Positions 29,921 to 38,590 of a DNA stretch of 64,000 nucleotides are shown here, piece by piece. This DNA comes from Candidatus Elarobacter sp. (GTDB taxonomy: Bacteria > Vulcanimicrobiota > Vulcanimicrobiia > Vulcanimicrobiales > Vulcanimicrobiaceae). A model generated the notes under the pieces. It saw only the letters and a program-made list of their open reading frames with translations. It was not told the origin of the DNA and searched no databases. The stretch is from assembly GCA_036403315.1 (NCBI GenBank), contig DASWRD010000093.1, positions 1,514 through 65,513 on the forward strand, read 5' to 3'. A program made the position numbers and the translations under genes. Positions within the stretch are counted from its first letter, which is position 1. Each line of letters opens with the position of its first letter.

Positions 29921-29990
29921 TGGAGCGAGCGGGAGTCGAACCCGCACGAGATGGAGGTCAAGCCCATTCGTCGGACCGCCGAATCGCCCC
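29921..29990 (-). ncRNA. 70-nt tRNA/tmRNA-like domain, copy 1
   Basis: GGGGCGA/TCGCTCC acceptor with G3.U70 and discriminator A; mini D-arm TCGG-CGGT-CCGA; arm with CTTGACC loop; T-arm GCGGG-TTCGACT-CCCGC; no encoded CCA. Confidence 0.7.
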
Positions 29991-30038
29991 AGCGCTGTGT
30001 ACATCACGCTGCGTAGTGCAATCGGCAAGGGACCATTT

Positions 30039-30078
30039 GAAAAAGCGACGGGCACCGCGTTCGATGAACGCGATGCCC
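30039..30078 (-). terminator. terminator-like stem, repeat unit 2
   Basis: Same 13-bp stem, followed by GTCGC and TTTTT. Confidence 0.6.
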
Positions 30079-30147
30079 TAGGCGGTATGACAGGAGACCT
30101 TGACGCGATGATCCTACCACACCGCCGCCGGCGTCGCAACGCCGGGC

Positions 30148-30217
30148 TGGAGCGAGCGGGAATCGAACCCGCGCAGGAAGAGTGTCAAAGTCCCCTGTCG
30201 GACCACCGAATTGCCCC
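30148..30217 (-). ncRNA. 70-nt tRNA/tmRNA-like domain, copy 2
   Basis: GGGGCAA/TCGCTCC acceptor (G3.U70, one A.C mismatch); TCGG-TGGT-CCGA; arm with TTTGACA loop; T-arm GCGGG-TTCGATT-CCCGC. Confidence 0.7.
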
Positions 30218-30263
30218 AGCGCTGTGTACATCACCCGTCGATCGCGATTGGAAAGGCCCTGAC

Positions 30264-31175
30264 GTGAAGAAAGTCGTCTCCGTCTCGCTCGGGTCTTCGT
30301 CGCGCGATCATCGTGCCGATGTCGATCTGCTCGGCGAGCGGTTCGAGATATCGCGCGTCGGGACCGACGGCTCCATCGATAAAGCGATCGCGAAGCTCAA
30401 GGAGCTCGACGGTACCGTCGACGCGATCGGGCTCGGCGGGATCGACGTGTATCTGTACGCGGGCAAGGACCGGTATGCGCTGCGTGATGGCTTGCGGCTG
30501 CTCGATGCGGTAAAGATCACGCCCGTCGTCGACGGCAGCGGGCTCAAGAACACGCTGGAGCGCAACGCGATCTCATTCATCCAGACGCAACTCGGCATCG
30601 AGCTGCGCGGGAAGCGCGTGCTGATGGTCAGCGCGCTCGACCGGTTCGGGATGGCGCAGGCGCTGGTGCAGGCCGGCGCGGACGTCGTGTTCGGCGACTT
30701 CATCTTCGCGCTCGACCTCGACCGGCCGGTGCGCGGGCTCGACGAGTTCGAAGAGATGGCGCGCAAGTATCTCCCCGACGCGTGCAAGCTGCCGTTCCAG
30801 TTCTTCTATCCCACCGGCAAGAAACAAGACCGTGCGCCGCAGCCGAAGTATCCCGAGTACTACGACGACGCGGAGATCATCGCGGGCGACTACCACTTCA
30901 TGCGCCAGTTCATGCCCGACCGGCTCGACGGCAAGACGATCCTCACCAACACGGTCACCGCGAACGACGTCGACTTCCTGCGCGCGCGCGGGATCGCGCG
31001 GCTCGTCACGACGACGCCCGATTTCGGCGGGCGTTCGTTCGGCACGAACGTCGTCGAAGCGGCGATGATCGCGCTGCTCGGCAAAAAGTGGGCCGACGTG
31101 ACGGACGAGGATTACGCGCGGCTGCTGCGCGAGCTCGACCTCAAGCCGCGCGTGATCGAGTTCCAGGCCGCATAA
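30264..31175 (+). CDS. conserved protein of the family usually labelled 'quinate 5-dehydrogenase'
   Basis: GTG after GAAAGG; KKVVSVSLGSS.RD, GTDG, GLGGID, VDGSGLKNTLER, DRFGM, GRSFGTNVVEA. Function label is unverified. Confidence 0.75.
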   Translation: MKKVVSVSLGSSSRDHRADVDLLGERFEISRVGTDGSIDKAIAKLKELDGTVDAIGLGGIDVYLYAGKDRYALRDGLRLLDAVKITPVVDGSGLKNTLERNAISFIQTQLGIELRGKRVLMVSALDRFGMAQALVQAGADVVFGDFIFALDLDRPVRGLDEFEEMARKYLPDACKLPFQFFYPTGKKQDRAPQPKYPEYYDDAEIIAGDYHFMRQFMPDRLDGKTILTNTVTANDVDFLRARGIARLVTTTPDFGGRSFGTNVVEAAMIALLGKKWADVTDEDYARLLRELDLKPRVIEFQAA

Positions 31176-31180
31176 GCCGC

Positions 31181-32602
31181 TTGTCGCTGCTGCGCAACCT
31201 CTTCGCGCGCCAGGCGCACGACCGCGAACGGCTGCCGTCCGACGGCGTGCCGTTGCGCCGCGTGCTCGGCGTGCGCGCGCTGATCGCCGTAGGCCTCGGC
31301 ACGATGCTCGGCGGGATCTTCTCAACCGTCGGCTCCGGGTCGAACGCCGCGGGTCCCGCGGTGATCGCCGCGTTCGGGCTGTCCGGCGTGACGTGCGTGT
31401 TCGTGGCGCTATGCTACGCCGAGCTCGCGTCGATGGTGCCTGTCGCCGGGAGTGCGTACACCTACGCGTACGCCGCGCTCGGCGAGTTCGTCGCATGGGT
31501 GATCGGGTGGGACCTCATCCTCGAATACGGTTTCTCCGTCGCGCCGCTCGCAGCGACGCTGTCCGCGTCGGTGCAGGCGCTGCTCGCGAAGGTCGGATTG
31601 CCGCTGCCGGGGTGGGCGCAAACCGCGCACGTCGCGTTCGCGAACGGCGGGATCGATTTCGCGCACACGCAGGTCGACGTGATCGCGGCGACGGCCATCG
31701 TGCTGCTCGCGGTCCTGCTCTCCATCGGGATTCGCGAGTCCGCCGGCACGAACGGCGCGCTGGTCGTGATCCAGCTCGTGGCGCTCGTGGCGTTCGTGCT
31801 CGGCCTCGCCGGCGCGATCCGGCCGGGCGCGTACCATCCGTTCGCGCCGCTCGGCATGGGCGGGATCGTCACCAGCGCCGCGCTCGTGTTCTTCGCGTAC
31901 ATCGGCTTCGACACCGTCACCGTCGCGAGCGAGGAGGCGCGCGATCCGGTGCGCGACGTCCCGCGCGCCATCATCGGCTCGCTCGTCGTCGGCGCGGTGC
32001 TGTTCACCGCGGTCGCCGCCGTCGCGGTCGGCGTCGTTGCGTGGGACAAGATGAATCCCGACGCGGGGATGCTCGACGCGGTCAAGCACGCCGGCTCCAA
32101 TCCGATTCTCTTTGCGCTAGTGCTCGCCGGCACGGTGACCGGAACGTTTGCGTCGATGCTGACGTCGCTGCTCGGGCAGGTTCGCATCTTCTACGTGATG
32201 TCGCGGGACCGGCTGCTGCCGCGCGCGTTCGGCTCCGTCAACGCGCGCACGCAGACGCCCGTCGTCACGACGCTGATCACGGGCGCTATCGTGGCGGCCG
32301 TCGCGGCGTTCGTGCCGCTGACGACCCTGCTCAAGCTCGTGAACATCGGCACGTTCTCCGCGTTCGTCATCGTCTGCGCGGGCGTGATGGTGCTGCGCTT
32401 CACGCATCCCGCCGCGGCGCGGCCGTTCCGCGTGCCGTTCGGGCCGATCGTCGTCCCTGCCGTCGGGATCGCGCTGTGCGCGTGGCTGACGCTGGCGGGC
32501 CTGGACGGTTTGACGTGGCTGCGGTTCATCATCTGGTTCGCCCTCGGGCTCGCCGTGTATGCGCTGTACGGCTACCGCAACTCGCTGCTCCGTTCGCGCT
32601 GA
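31181..32602 (+). CDS. APC family amino acid permease
   Basis: CYAELAS.VP.AGSAY.Y, FFAYIGFD, RIFYVMSRD, RPFRVP. Confidence 0.93.
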   Translation: MSLLRNLFARQAHDRERLPSDGVPLRRVLGVRALIAVGLGTMLGGIFSTVGSGSNAAGPAVIAAFGLSGVTCVFVALCYAELASMVPVAGSAYTYAYAALGEFVAWVIGWDLILEYGFSVAPLAATLSASVQALLAKVGLPLPGWAQTAHVAFANGGIDFAHTQVDVIAATAIVLLAVLLSIGIRESAGTNGALVVIQLVALVAFVLGLAGAIRPGAYHPFAPLGMGGIVTSAALVFFAYIGFDTVTVASEEARDPVRDVPRAIIGSLVVGAVLFTAVAAVAVGVVAWDKMNPDAGMLDAVKHAGSNPILFALVLAGTVTGTFASMLTSLLGQVRIFYVMSRDRLLPRAFGSVNARTQTPVVTTLITGAIVAAVAAFVPLTTLLKLVNIGTFSAFVIVCAGVMVLRFTHPAAARPFRVPFGPIVVPAVGIALCAWLTLAGLDGLTWLRFIIWFALGLAVYALYGYRNSLLRSR

Positions 32603-33991
32603 ATGAGCGACGCGTCGCTGAAGGCGAATGCGCGCGAGGTGCCGCGGCTGCGGCGCGTGCTCGCGCTGCGCGATTTGATCGTCGTCGCGGCGGCGGCGAT
32701 GGGCCCCGCGTTCTCGCTCGCGACGACGATGGCGGCGATGATCGCCGCGGCCGGGCGGTGGACGTGGCTCGCGCTGACGATCGTCGCGGTGCTGATGGCG
32801 ATGATCGCCGCGGGCTACCGGCGCTTGGGCGAGCGCATGCGCGACGCGGGCTCGTCGTACGCGTGGATCCGCGCCGCGTTCGGCCCTGAGACCGGCGCCT
32901 ATGGTGCGTGGGTGCTGCTCGTGGCAAACTTGTTCGCGGTGCTGGCGACGGCGCTGCCGGCGGGGACGTACACGCTGGACCTGCTCGCACCGAACCTTTC
33001 GGGGAACGCGCTCGCGGTCGCGCTGACCGGGTGCGGCTGGATCGTGGGGAGCGCGCTGCTCCTGTGGTACGGCTTGCGGCCGACGGCGAGCCTGACGCTG
33101 CTGCTGCTCGCCGCCGAGGTGGTCGTGCTCGCCGCCGCCGCGGGGCTCGCGGGGACGCACCCGCGCCCGGGCGCCGTGGCGTTCGTCGCGGCGCCGCTCG
33201 AGTGGGGCGGGCTCCTCGCCGCGATCGTGGTCGGGATCTGGATGATCGACGGCTGGGAAGTGTCCGCCTCGACCGCCGAGGAGGCGCAGGGCGACGCCTC
33301 CGTGCCGGGCAGCGGCGGCCTGGCCGGCCTCGTGCTCACGACCGTGGTGCTGCTCGCGGCGGTCGCGGCGTTCACGCGGGTCGGCACGCCCGCGGGCTTC
33401 GCCGAGCACCAGAGTGACGCGCTGGCGTACGTCGGCGGCCTGCTCGGCGGCGGCTGGCCGATCGTGCTGAGCATCACGGTTCTGGTGTCCCTGACGGCCG
33501 CGCTCCAGACGACGCTGGTCTACCTCACGCGCAGCATCTACGCCATGGGCCGCGACGGCTTGCTCCCGCACGCCCTGGGCGGCCTCGACCGGCGTGCCGA
33601 GCCGGCGGCCGCGATCGCGCTCATCGCCGGCCTGTCGCTCGCCTTCACCTTGGCGGCCGGCCTGTCGCCGACCGCGAACGCGGCCTTCGCCTTCGTGCTG
33701 CAAGGCACGTCGTGGTTCTTGGGCGTGCTGTTCGTGATGACGGCCGCGGCCGCTGTCCGCGTGTTCCACCGCGAGCGAACGGCCCGCTGGCCGGGCGTTC
33801 TGCTGCCGGGCGTGGCAGCCGTGCTGCTCGGCGCGATCCTCGTGGCGGCGCTGGTTCGTGCCGATTCGCTCACCAGGGGTTTCATCGCCGCCTCTGCAAT
33901 CATCGGGCTTCCCCTGGCGCTTTGGCGCGGCGGCACGGTCCGCCGGGCGTTCGTGCCGGGGGCAGAACCACGTACCGGGAGTCGCTTTTGA
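32603..33991 (+). CDS. APC family permease
   Basis: AGSSYAW, GWE......EE, R.IYAMGRDG; ~12 hydrophobic segments. Confidence 0.85.
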   Translation: MSDASLKANAREVPRLRRVLALRDLIVVAAAAMGPAFSLATTMAAMIAAAGRWTWLALTIVAVLMAMIAAGYRRLGERMRDAGSSYAWIRAAFGPETGAYGAWVLLVANLFAVLATALPAGTYTLDLLAPNLSGNALAVALTGCGWIVGSALLLWYGLRPTASLTLLLLAAEVVVLAAAAGLAGTHPRPGAVAFVAAPLEWGGLLAAIVVGIWMIDGWEVSASTAEEAQGDASVPGSGGLAGLVLTTVVLLAAVAAFTRVGTPAGFAEHQSDALAYVGGLLGGGWPIVLSITVLVSLTAALQTTLVYLTRSIYAMGRDGLLPHALGGLDRRAEPAAAIALIAGLSLAFTLAAGLSPTANAAFAFVLQGTSWFLGVLFVMTAAAAVRVFHRERTARWPGVLLPGVAAVLLGAILVAALVRADSLTRGFIAASAIIGLPLALWRGGTVRRAFVPGAEPRTGSRF

Positions 33992-34491
33992 ACGACAAAG
34001 AAATCGTTTTGACCCGCGACGGGCTCAAGAAGCTCGAGGACGAGCTCGACGAGCTCAAAACCGTCCATCGCCGTGAGGTCAACGAACGCATCCGTCAGGC
34101 CAAAGAGTTCGGCGACATCTCTGAAAACGCGGAGTACGAGGACGCCAAGCAAGAGCAGGCGTTCGTCGAAGGGCGCGTGCTCAAGCTCGAAGCGATGATC
34201 CGCAACGCGCGGGTCATCGACGCGTCCGACTACGTCGCCGACGAAGTGCACCTCGGCGCGACCATCAAGGTCAAAGAGACCAGCTCCGGGCGGTCGCACG
34301 AGTTCACCATCGTCGGTTCGGCGGAAGCCGATCCGAAGAACGCGCGCCTCTCCAACGAGTCGCCGGTCGGGCGCGCGCTGATGGGCCGCAAGAAGGGCGA
34401 GACGGTCGACGTCACCACGCCCGGCGGCCAGATGAAGTACAAGATCGAGTCGATCAACAAGGACCCGAAGAAGACGAAAAAGGCGTCCTGA
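33988..34491 (+). CDS. greA: transcription elongation factor GreA
   Basis: GDISENAEY..AK..Q, IVGSAEADP, SNESPVGRAL. Confidence 0.96.
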   Translation: MNDKEIVLTRDGLKKLEDELDELKTVHRREVNERIRQAKEFGDISENAEYEDAKQEQAFVEGRVLKLEAMIRNARVIDASDYVADEVHLGATIKVKETSSGRSHEFTIVGSAEADPKNARLSNESPVGRALMGRKKGETVDVTTPGGQMKYKIESINKDPKKTKKAS

Positions 34492-34524
34492 CGCCGGCAC
34501 CATCGTCCCCGGAGCCCGTTGCCG

Positions 34525-36039
34525 ATGGCTAACGACTTGGTCGCGGCCCGGCGCGCGCGACTCGCCGCGCTGCGCGAGCGCGGCGTCGACCCGTTCACCG
34601 CGACGCGCTACGACGTCACCGCGCACGCCGCGGATCTCGCGACGAAGTACGCGGAGCTGGGCGAACAGGGCCGCGCCGAGGGCGAGGCGTGGTCGCTCGC
34701 CGGCCGCATCATGGCGGTCCGCGGCCAAGGCAAGGTGATCTTCTTCGACGTGCACGACCGCACGGGGCGCTTTCAGCTGTTCGTGCGCCGCGACGACGTC
34801 GGTGACGACGCGTTCGCGGTCGCGAAGGAGGTCGAGCGCGGCGACATCGTCGGCGCGACCGGCTTCGTGTTCCGCACGAAGACGGGCGATCTCGCGCTGC
34901 ACGTGCGCGCGCTCGACGTGATCGGCAAAGCGCTGCAGCCGTTCCCCGACAAGTGGCACGGCCTCCAGGATCCCGAGAAGCGCTACCGCCGCCGCTACGT
35001 CGACCTCATCGTCAACCCGCACGTGCGCGACGTGATGATCCAGCGCTCGCGCATCGTCGCCGAGATGCGGCGGTTCATCGACGCGCGCGGGTTCTTCGAG
35101 GTCGAGACGCCGACGCTGCTCTCGATCGCCGGCGGCGCGTCCGCGCGCCCGTTCCTCACCCACTCCAACGCGCTCGACATCCCGCTCAAGCTGCGCATCG
35201 CGACCGAGCTCTATCTCAAGCGCTTGATCGTCGGCGGGATGGAGCGCGTGTACGAGATCGGGCGCACGTTCCGCAACGAGGGCATCGACGCGACGCACAA
35301 CCCCGAGTTCACCATGCTCGAGCTGTACGCCGCGTTCTGGGACGTCGAAGACATGATGCGCTTCAACGAAGAGCTGATGAACCACCTCGCGCGCACCGTG
35401 CACGGCGGCGAGAACGTGCTGCGCGGCGAAGACGCGATCTCGTTCGCGACGCCGTTCCGGCGCATCGGCTACCTCGAAGCGTTCGAGGAGCACGGCGGGC
35501 TCACGCGCGAGCAGCTGCTCGATCCGGTCGCGTGCGCGGCGCTGCTGCGCGACTACGGCATCCCGGAGTCGCCGACGCACGCGCACGCGCTGGACAAGCT
35601 GTTCGAGCGGATCGTCGAGCCGCATCTGCTGCAGCCGACGTTCGTGTACGGCTACCCGGTCGTGCTCTCGCCCCTCGCCAAGCGCATGAAGGACGATCCC
35701 GAGCTGACGCAGCGCTACGAGCTGTTCGCGGCGTCGATGGAGCTGGCGAACGCGTTCACCGAGCTCAACGATCCGGACGACCAGCGCCGCCGCTTCGAGC
35801 TGCAGATCGCGGAGCGCGCCGCCGGCGACGACGAGATCCCGCCGCCCGACTGGGATTTCGTCACGGCGCTGGAGTACGGCATGCCGCCCACCGCCGGGAT
35901 CGGTATCGGCGTCGACCGGCTGGTGATGATGCTGACGAACAACGCGTCGATCCGCGACGTGCTGCTGTTCCCGCTGCAGCGCCCGCTTCCGGTGGACGCG
36001 CGCGACGACGACGACGAGGCACCGGTTCCCACGGCGTGA
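34525..36039 (+). CDS. lysS: lysyl-tRNA synthetase (class II)
   Basis: RYRRRYVDL, GGASARPF.TH, LRIATELYLKRL, FRNEGID.THNPEF, YGMPPTAG.GIG.DR. Confidence 0.97.
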   Translation: MANDLVAARRARLAALRERGVDPFTATRYDVTAHAADLATKYAELGEQGRAEGEAWSLAGRIMAVRGQGKVIFFDVHDRTGRFQLFVRRDDVGDDAFAVAKEVERGDIVGATGFVFRTKTGDLALHVRALDVIGKALQPFPDKWHGLQDPEKRYRRRYVDLIVNPHVRDVMIQRSRIVAEMRRFIDARGFFEVETPTLLSIAGGASARPFLTHSNALDIPLKLRIATELYLKRLIVGGMERVYEIGRTFRNEGIDATHNPEFTMLELYAAFWDVEDMMRFNEELMNHLARTVHGGENVLRGEDAISFATPFRRIGYLEAFEEHGGLTREQLLDPVACAALLRDYGIPESPTHAHALDKLFERIVEPHLLQPTFVYGYPVVLSPLAKRMKDDPELTQRYELFAASMELANAFTELNDPDDQRRRFELQIAERAAGDDEIPPPDWDFVTALEYGMPPTAGIGIGVDRLVMMLTNNASIRDVLLFPLQRPLPVDARDDDDEAPVPTA

Positions 36040-36806
36040 CCGGGCTCGGCATCGCGACCGACGCGCTCGTGAACGACGGCATCGTTCGCCGCGCGCGCGA
36101 CCGCGACCGGGTCGTGATCGAGACGCCGTCGCGGCGCGACTTCTGGTTCGGGCACGGCTTCGTGCTCGACGCGCCGCCGGACGCCGCGCGCGTCGCGGCG
36201 CTGGTCGAGGAGGGGCGCGCGCGCTTCGGCGCGCTCGGTGCGGCGCGTTTCGTCGTGCAGTGGGAACGCGCGCACGGCGCTCCCCATGTCGCCGTCGACG
36301 TGCCCGACGGCAGCGTGCGCGAACGCAGCCTGGTGATGGTCTACGACGGGCCCGTGCCGCAACCCGACCGTCGCGTCGTCGATCACGGCACCGAATACTG
36401 GGACGACGCGGCCGCGCTCGCATCCGAGGAGTATCCGGAGTTCGGCGACTTCACGCGCTGGCGCTTCGACTGCGTTCGGCGCGACGTTCGCCGCGGTCGC
36501 GCGCGCGTCGTCGGCATCCGCGAAGACGGGCGGCTCCTCAACACGGTGGGGCTGTACCGCGGCGACGGGATCGCGCGCTTCATGACGCCCGTGACGCGGC
36601 CGGGCGAGCGCGGCCGTGGGCTTTTCGGCGCGTGCGCGCGCACGCTGATCGCGTGGGCGAACGCGGACGCGCCGCGCCGCGTCGCGATCGCGGCCGATCC
36701 GGACGACGGTCCGGTGGAGCTGTACCGCCGGGTGGGATTCGTACCGGCGTCGTACGTCGATGCCGTCATCGTCGCGGTGGCACCGCCCGCGGGCGGCGCG
36801 GTATGA
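36036..36806 (+). CDS. GNAT family acetyltransferase
   Basis: C-terminal VTRPGERGRGL and LYRRVGF motifs. Confidence 0.75.
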   Translation: MTGLGIATDALVNDGIVRRARDRDRVVIETPSRRDFWFGHGFVLDAPPDAARVAALVEEGRARFGALGAARFVVQWERAHGAPHVAVDVPDGSVRERSLVMVYDGPVPQPDRRVVDHGTEYWDDAAALASEEYPEFGDFTRWRFDCVRRDVRRGRARVVGIREDGRLLNTVGLYRGDGIARFMTPVTRPGERGRGLFGACARTLIAWANADAPRRVAIAADPDDGPVELYRRVGFVPASYVDAVIVAVAPPAGGAV

Positions 36807-36826
36807 TTCGTTAGGAGGTTGCCGAG

Positions 36827-37369
36827 ATGACGCCGTTCGTGCGCGAGCCGCTGCCGATACCGTCGGACGAGACGGTGCGCTGGACCGGTGCGCCGCCCAC
36901 CGGCCTGCTGTGGCGGACGACCGATTTGGCGCTGGTGCCGTTCTCGCTGATGTGGGGCGGTTTCGCGCTGTTCTGGGAAAGCATGGTGATCAGCGCCGAC
37001 GCGCCGTTGGTGATGAAGCTGTTCGGCGTGCCGTTCGTCGGCGTGGGACTCTACCTGATCGCCGGCCGCTTCTGGTGGGACGCGAACGTGCGCGCACGCA
37101 CGCGCTACGCCGTCACCGAACGCGCCGCGTACGTCGTCGTGTCCGGTTTCGCCGGCTCCGTGCGCCGCTACGCCGGCTCCGCGCTCGGCGAGGTTCGCCT
37201 CGAACGCAAGGACGACGGCTCCGGGACGCTGCGCTTCGGTCCCGATTCGAGGTCCGCACGCGGCCAATGGTACAGCTCGCGAACCGCGTTCGCGTCGCAG
37301 AACGCGTTCGAGGCGATCCACGACGTCGACCAGGCCTACGACGCCGTGCGCGCCGCGAGCCGTGGCTGA
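36827..37369 (+). CDS. membrane protein with bacterial PH-like domain
   Basis: AGGAGG RBS; E.VRW.G.P, two TM helices, YAVT.R. Confidence 0.7.
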   Translation: MTPFVREPLPIPSDETVRWTGAPPTGLLWRTTDLALVPFSLMWGGFALFWESMVISADAPLVMKLFGVPFVGVGLYLIAGRFWWDANVRARTRYAVTERAAYVVVSGFAGSVRRYAGSALGEVRLERKDDGSGTLRFGPDSRSARGQWYSSRTAFASQNAFEAIHDVDQAYDAVRAASRG

Positions 37370-37919
37370 CGGCGTCTTTCTAACAACTGCGCGGCTGGTG
37401 CTGCGCGAGAAGCGGCCCGACGACTTCGAGTTCGTCGCGTCGCTGTATGCCGATGAAAACGTCATGCGGTGGATCGGCGACGGCTGCACGCTGCCGCGCG
37501 ACGAGGTCGAAGCGCGCTTCGCCCGCGTCCTCGCGATCGAGAGCGAGCCGAGTCACGAGCGCTGGGACGCGTTCAAGATCGTCGTGCGCAAAGACGACGG
37601 CGTGCGCATCGGTCAAGCGGGCCTGCTGCGGTGCGCGATCGACGGCGCGGCCGGCGTCGAGATCGGCTGGTGGCTCGCGCCGTTCGCCTGGGGTCAGGGT
37701 TATGCCACGGAAGCGGCGTGCGCGCTGCGCGACTTCGCGTTCGGCGAGCTGCGGCTGGAGCACCTGAGCATCGTGCTGCAGGCCGAGAACGCGCGTTCGG
37801 TCGCCGTGGCGCGGCGCATCGGCGGCGATTATGCCGGTGCGGCCGTGTACCGTGACCGCTCGGTGACTCGCTACGTCGTCCGCAACCCCGCGGGCGCAAC
37901 CTCCGTAGCCGTGGGCTAG
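37362..37919 (+). CDS. RimJ/RimL-type GNAT acetyltransferase
   Basis: T.RL.LR, EIGW.L...WGQGYATEA, N.RS..VA.RIG. Confidence 0.88.
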   Translation: MADGVFLTTARLVLREKRPDDFEFVASLYADENVMRWIGDGCTLPRDEVEARFARVLAIESEPSHERWDAFKIVVRKDDGVRIGQAGLLRCAIDGAAGVEIGWWLAPFAWGQGYATEAACALRDFAFGELRLEHLSIVLQAENARSVAVARRIGGDYAGAAVYRDRSVTRYVVRNPAGATSVAVG

Positions 37920-37933
37920 TCCAACCGTTCACC

Positions 37934-38383
37934 ATGCTGAAACGCGATTTGACCACGTCCTATCCCCGCTCGGTGCACGACAAGGTGTTCGGGGTCGTCC
38001 AGCTCGGACGCGCCGTCGACAAGGGCATCGCGCTCGCGAACGGCCTCAACGGCGAGTACAACTACGACTGCCCGATGGACAAAGGGCTGTTCACGTTCCT
38101 GGGACTCGACGGCAACGCGCTGCTCGACGTCATCAAGAGCGCGCAGAGCGACGCCGAGATCGAAGCGTACGTGAAGCCGTTCGTCGACAAGAAGACGCCG
38201 CAAGAGCTCGAGCAGTTCAACACGGAGTTCGTGAGCCACGGCCCGCAGCCGGGCAGCGACGGCGAGAAGTACTTCCTGGAGCTCCGCGGCGAGGTCGCGC
38301 CGGATCGCACCGACGTCACCACCTGGCCCGACCTGCTCGACCTCGACGAGAAGCGCGACGTTCCGCGCCGCGTCCTGGCCTGA
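37934..38383 (+). CDS. DUF5069-like protein
   Basis: DL...PRS, L.R..DK, GEY.Y.CPMD, DLLDLDE. Confidence 0.75.
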   Translation: MLKRDLTTSYPRSVHDKVFGVVQLGRAVDKGIALANGLNGEYNYDCPMDKGLFTFLGLDGNALLDVIKSAQSDAEIEAYVKPFVDKKTPQELEQFNTEFVSHGPQPGSDGEKYFLELRGEVAPDRTDVTTWPDLLDLDEKRDVPRRVLA

Positions 38384-38429
38384 CGAATCGGTTAGAAAAC
38401 CCGCATTTTCGCGTAAGGAAAATCACATC

Positions 38430-38465
38430 TCGAGGCCGCCGCAAGGCGGCCTCGATCGTTTCTTG
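38430..38465 (+). terminator. hairpin / putative terminator
   Basis: TCGAGGCCGCC-GCAA-GGCGGCCTCGA followed by TCGTTTCTT. Confidence 0.6.
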
Positions 38466-38590
38466 TAACCGGCTGAGAACGAGCGAGCGGACGGAACGAG
38501 ACGCATGCCCCGGGACCCGCGTTGTCAACATCGCGGCGCCACAACCGTGTGGGCACGGAATCCTGCGCCGACATCACACCGGAGCATCGC

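Larger units (their letters stand above)
29811..30234. repeat. two-copy tandem direct repeat (~197-nt units, period 227-228)
   Basis: Unit 1 29811-30007, unit 2 30039-30234; conserved blocks (GCGACGGGCACCGCGTTCGATGAACGCGATGCCC; CGCCGGGCTGGAGCGAGCGGGA.TCGAACCCGC; GCCCCAGCGCTGTGTACATCAC) alternate with variable blocks. Confidence 0.95.

Noticed and set aside
29921-30217. Canonical tRNA-Ser(UGA) or tRNA-Ala genes, or tmRNA
   Set aside because: The D-loop is only 4 nt, there is no long Ser variable arm, position 37 is C, copy 2 has a weak anticodon stem, and there is no tag reading frame.
29811-30234. CRISPR array
   Set aside because: Only two long units, variable parts pair internally, and no cas genes are present.
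29562-31175. 537-aa ORF reading through the tandem repeat
   Set aside because: A 1-nt indel makes the two copies read in different frames in their second halves, variation preserves base pairing rather than codons, and a good RBS + GTG at 30264 starts the recognisable protein.
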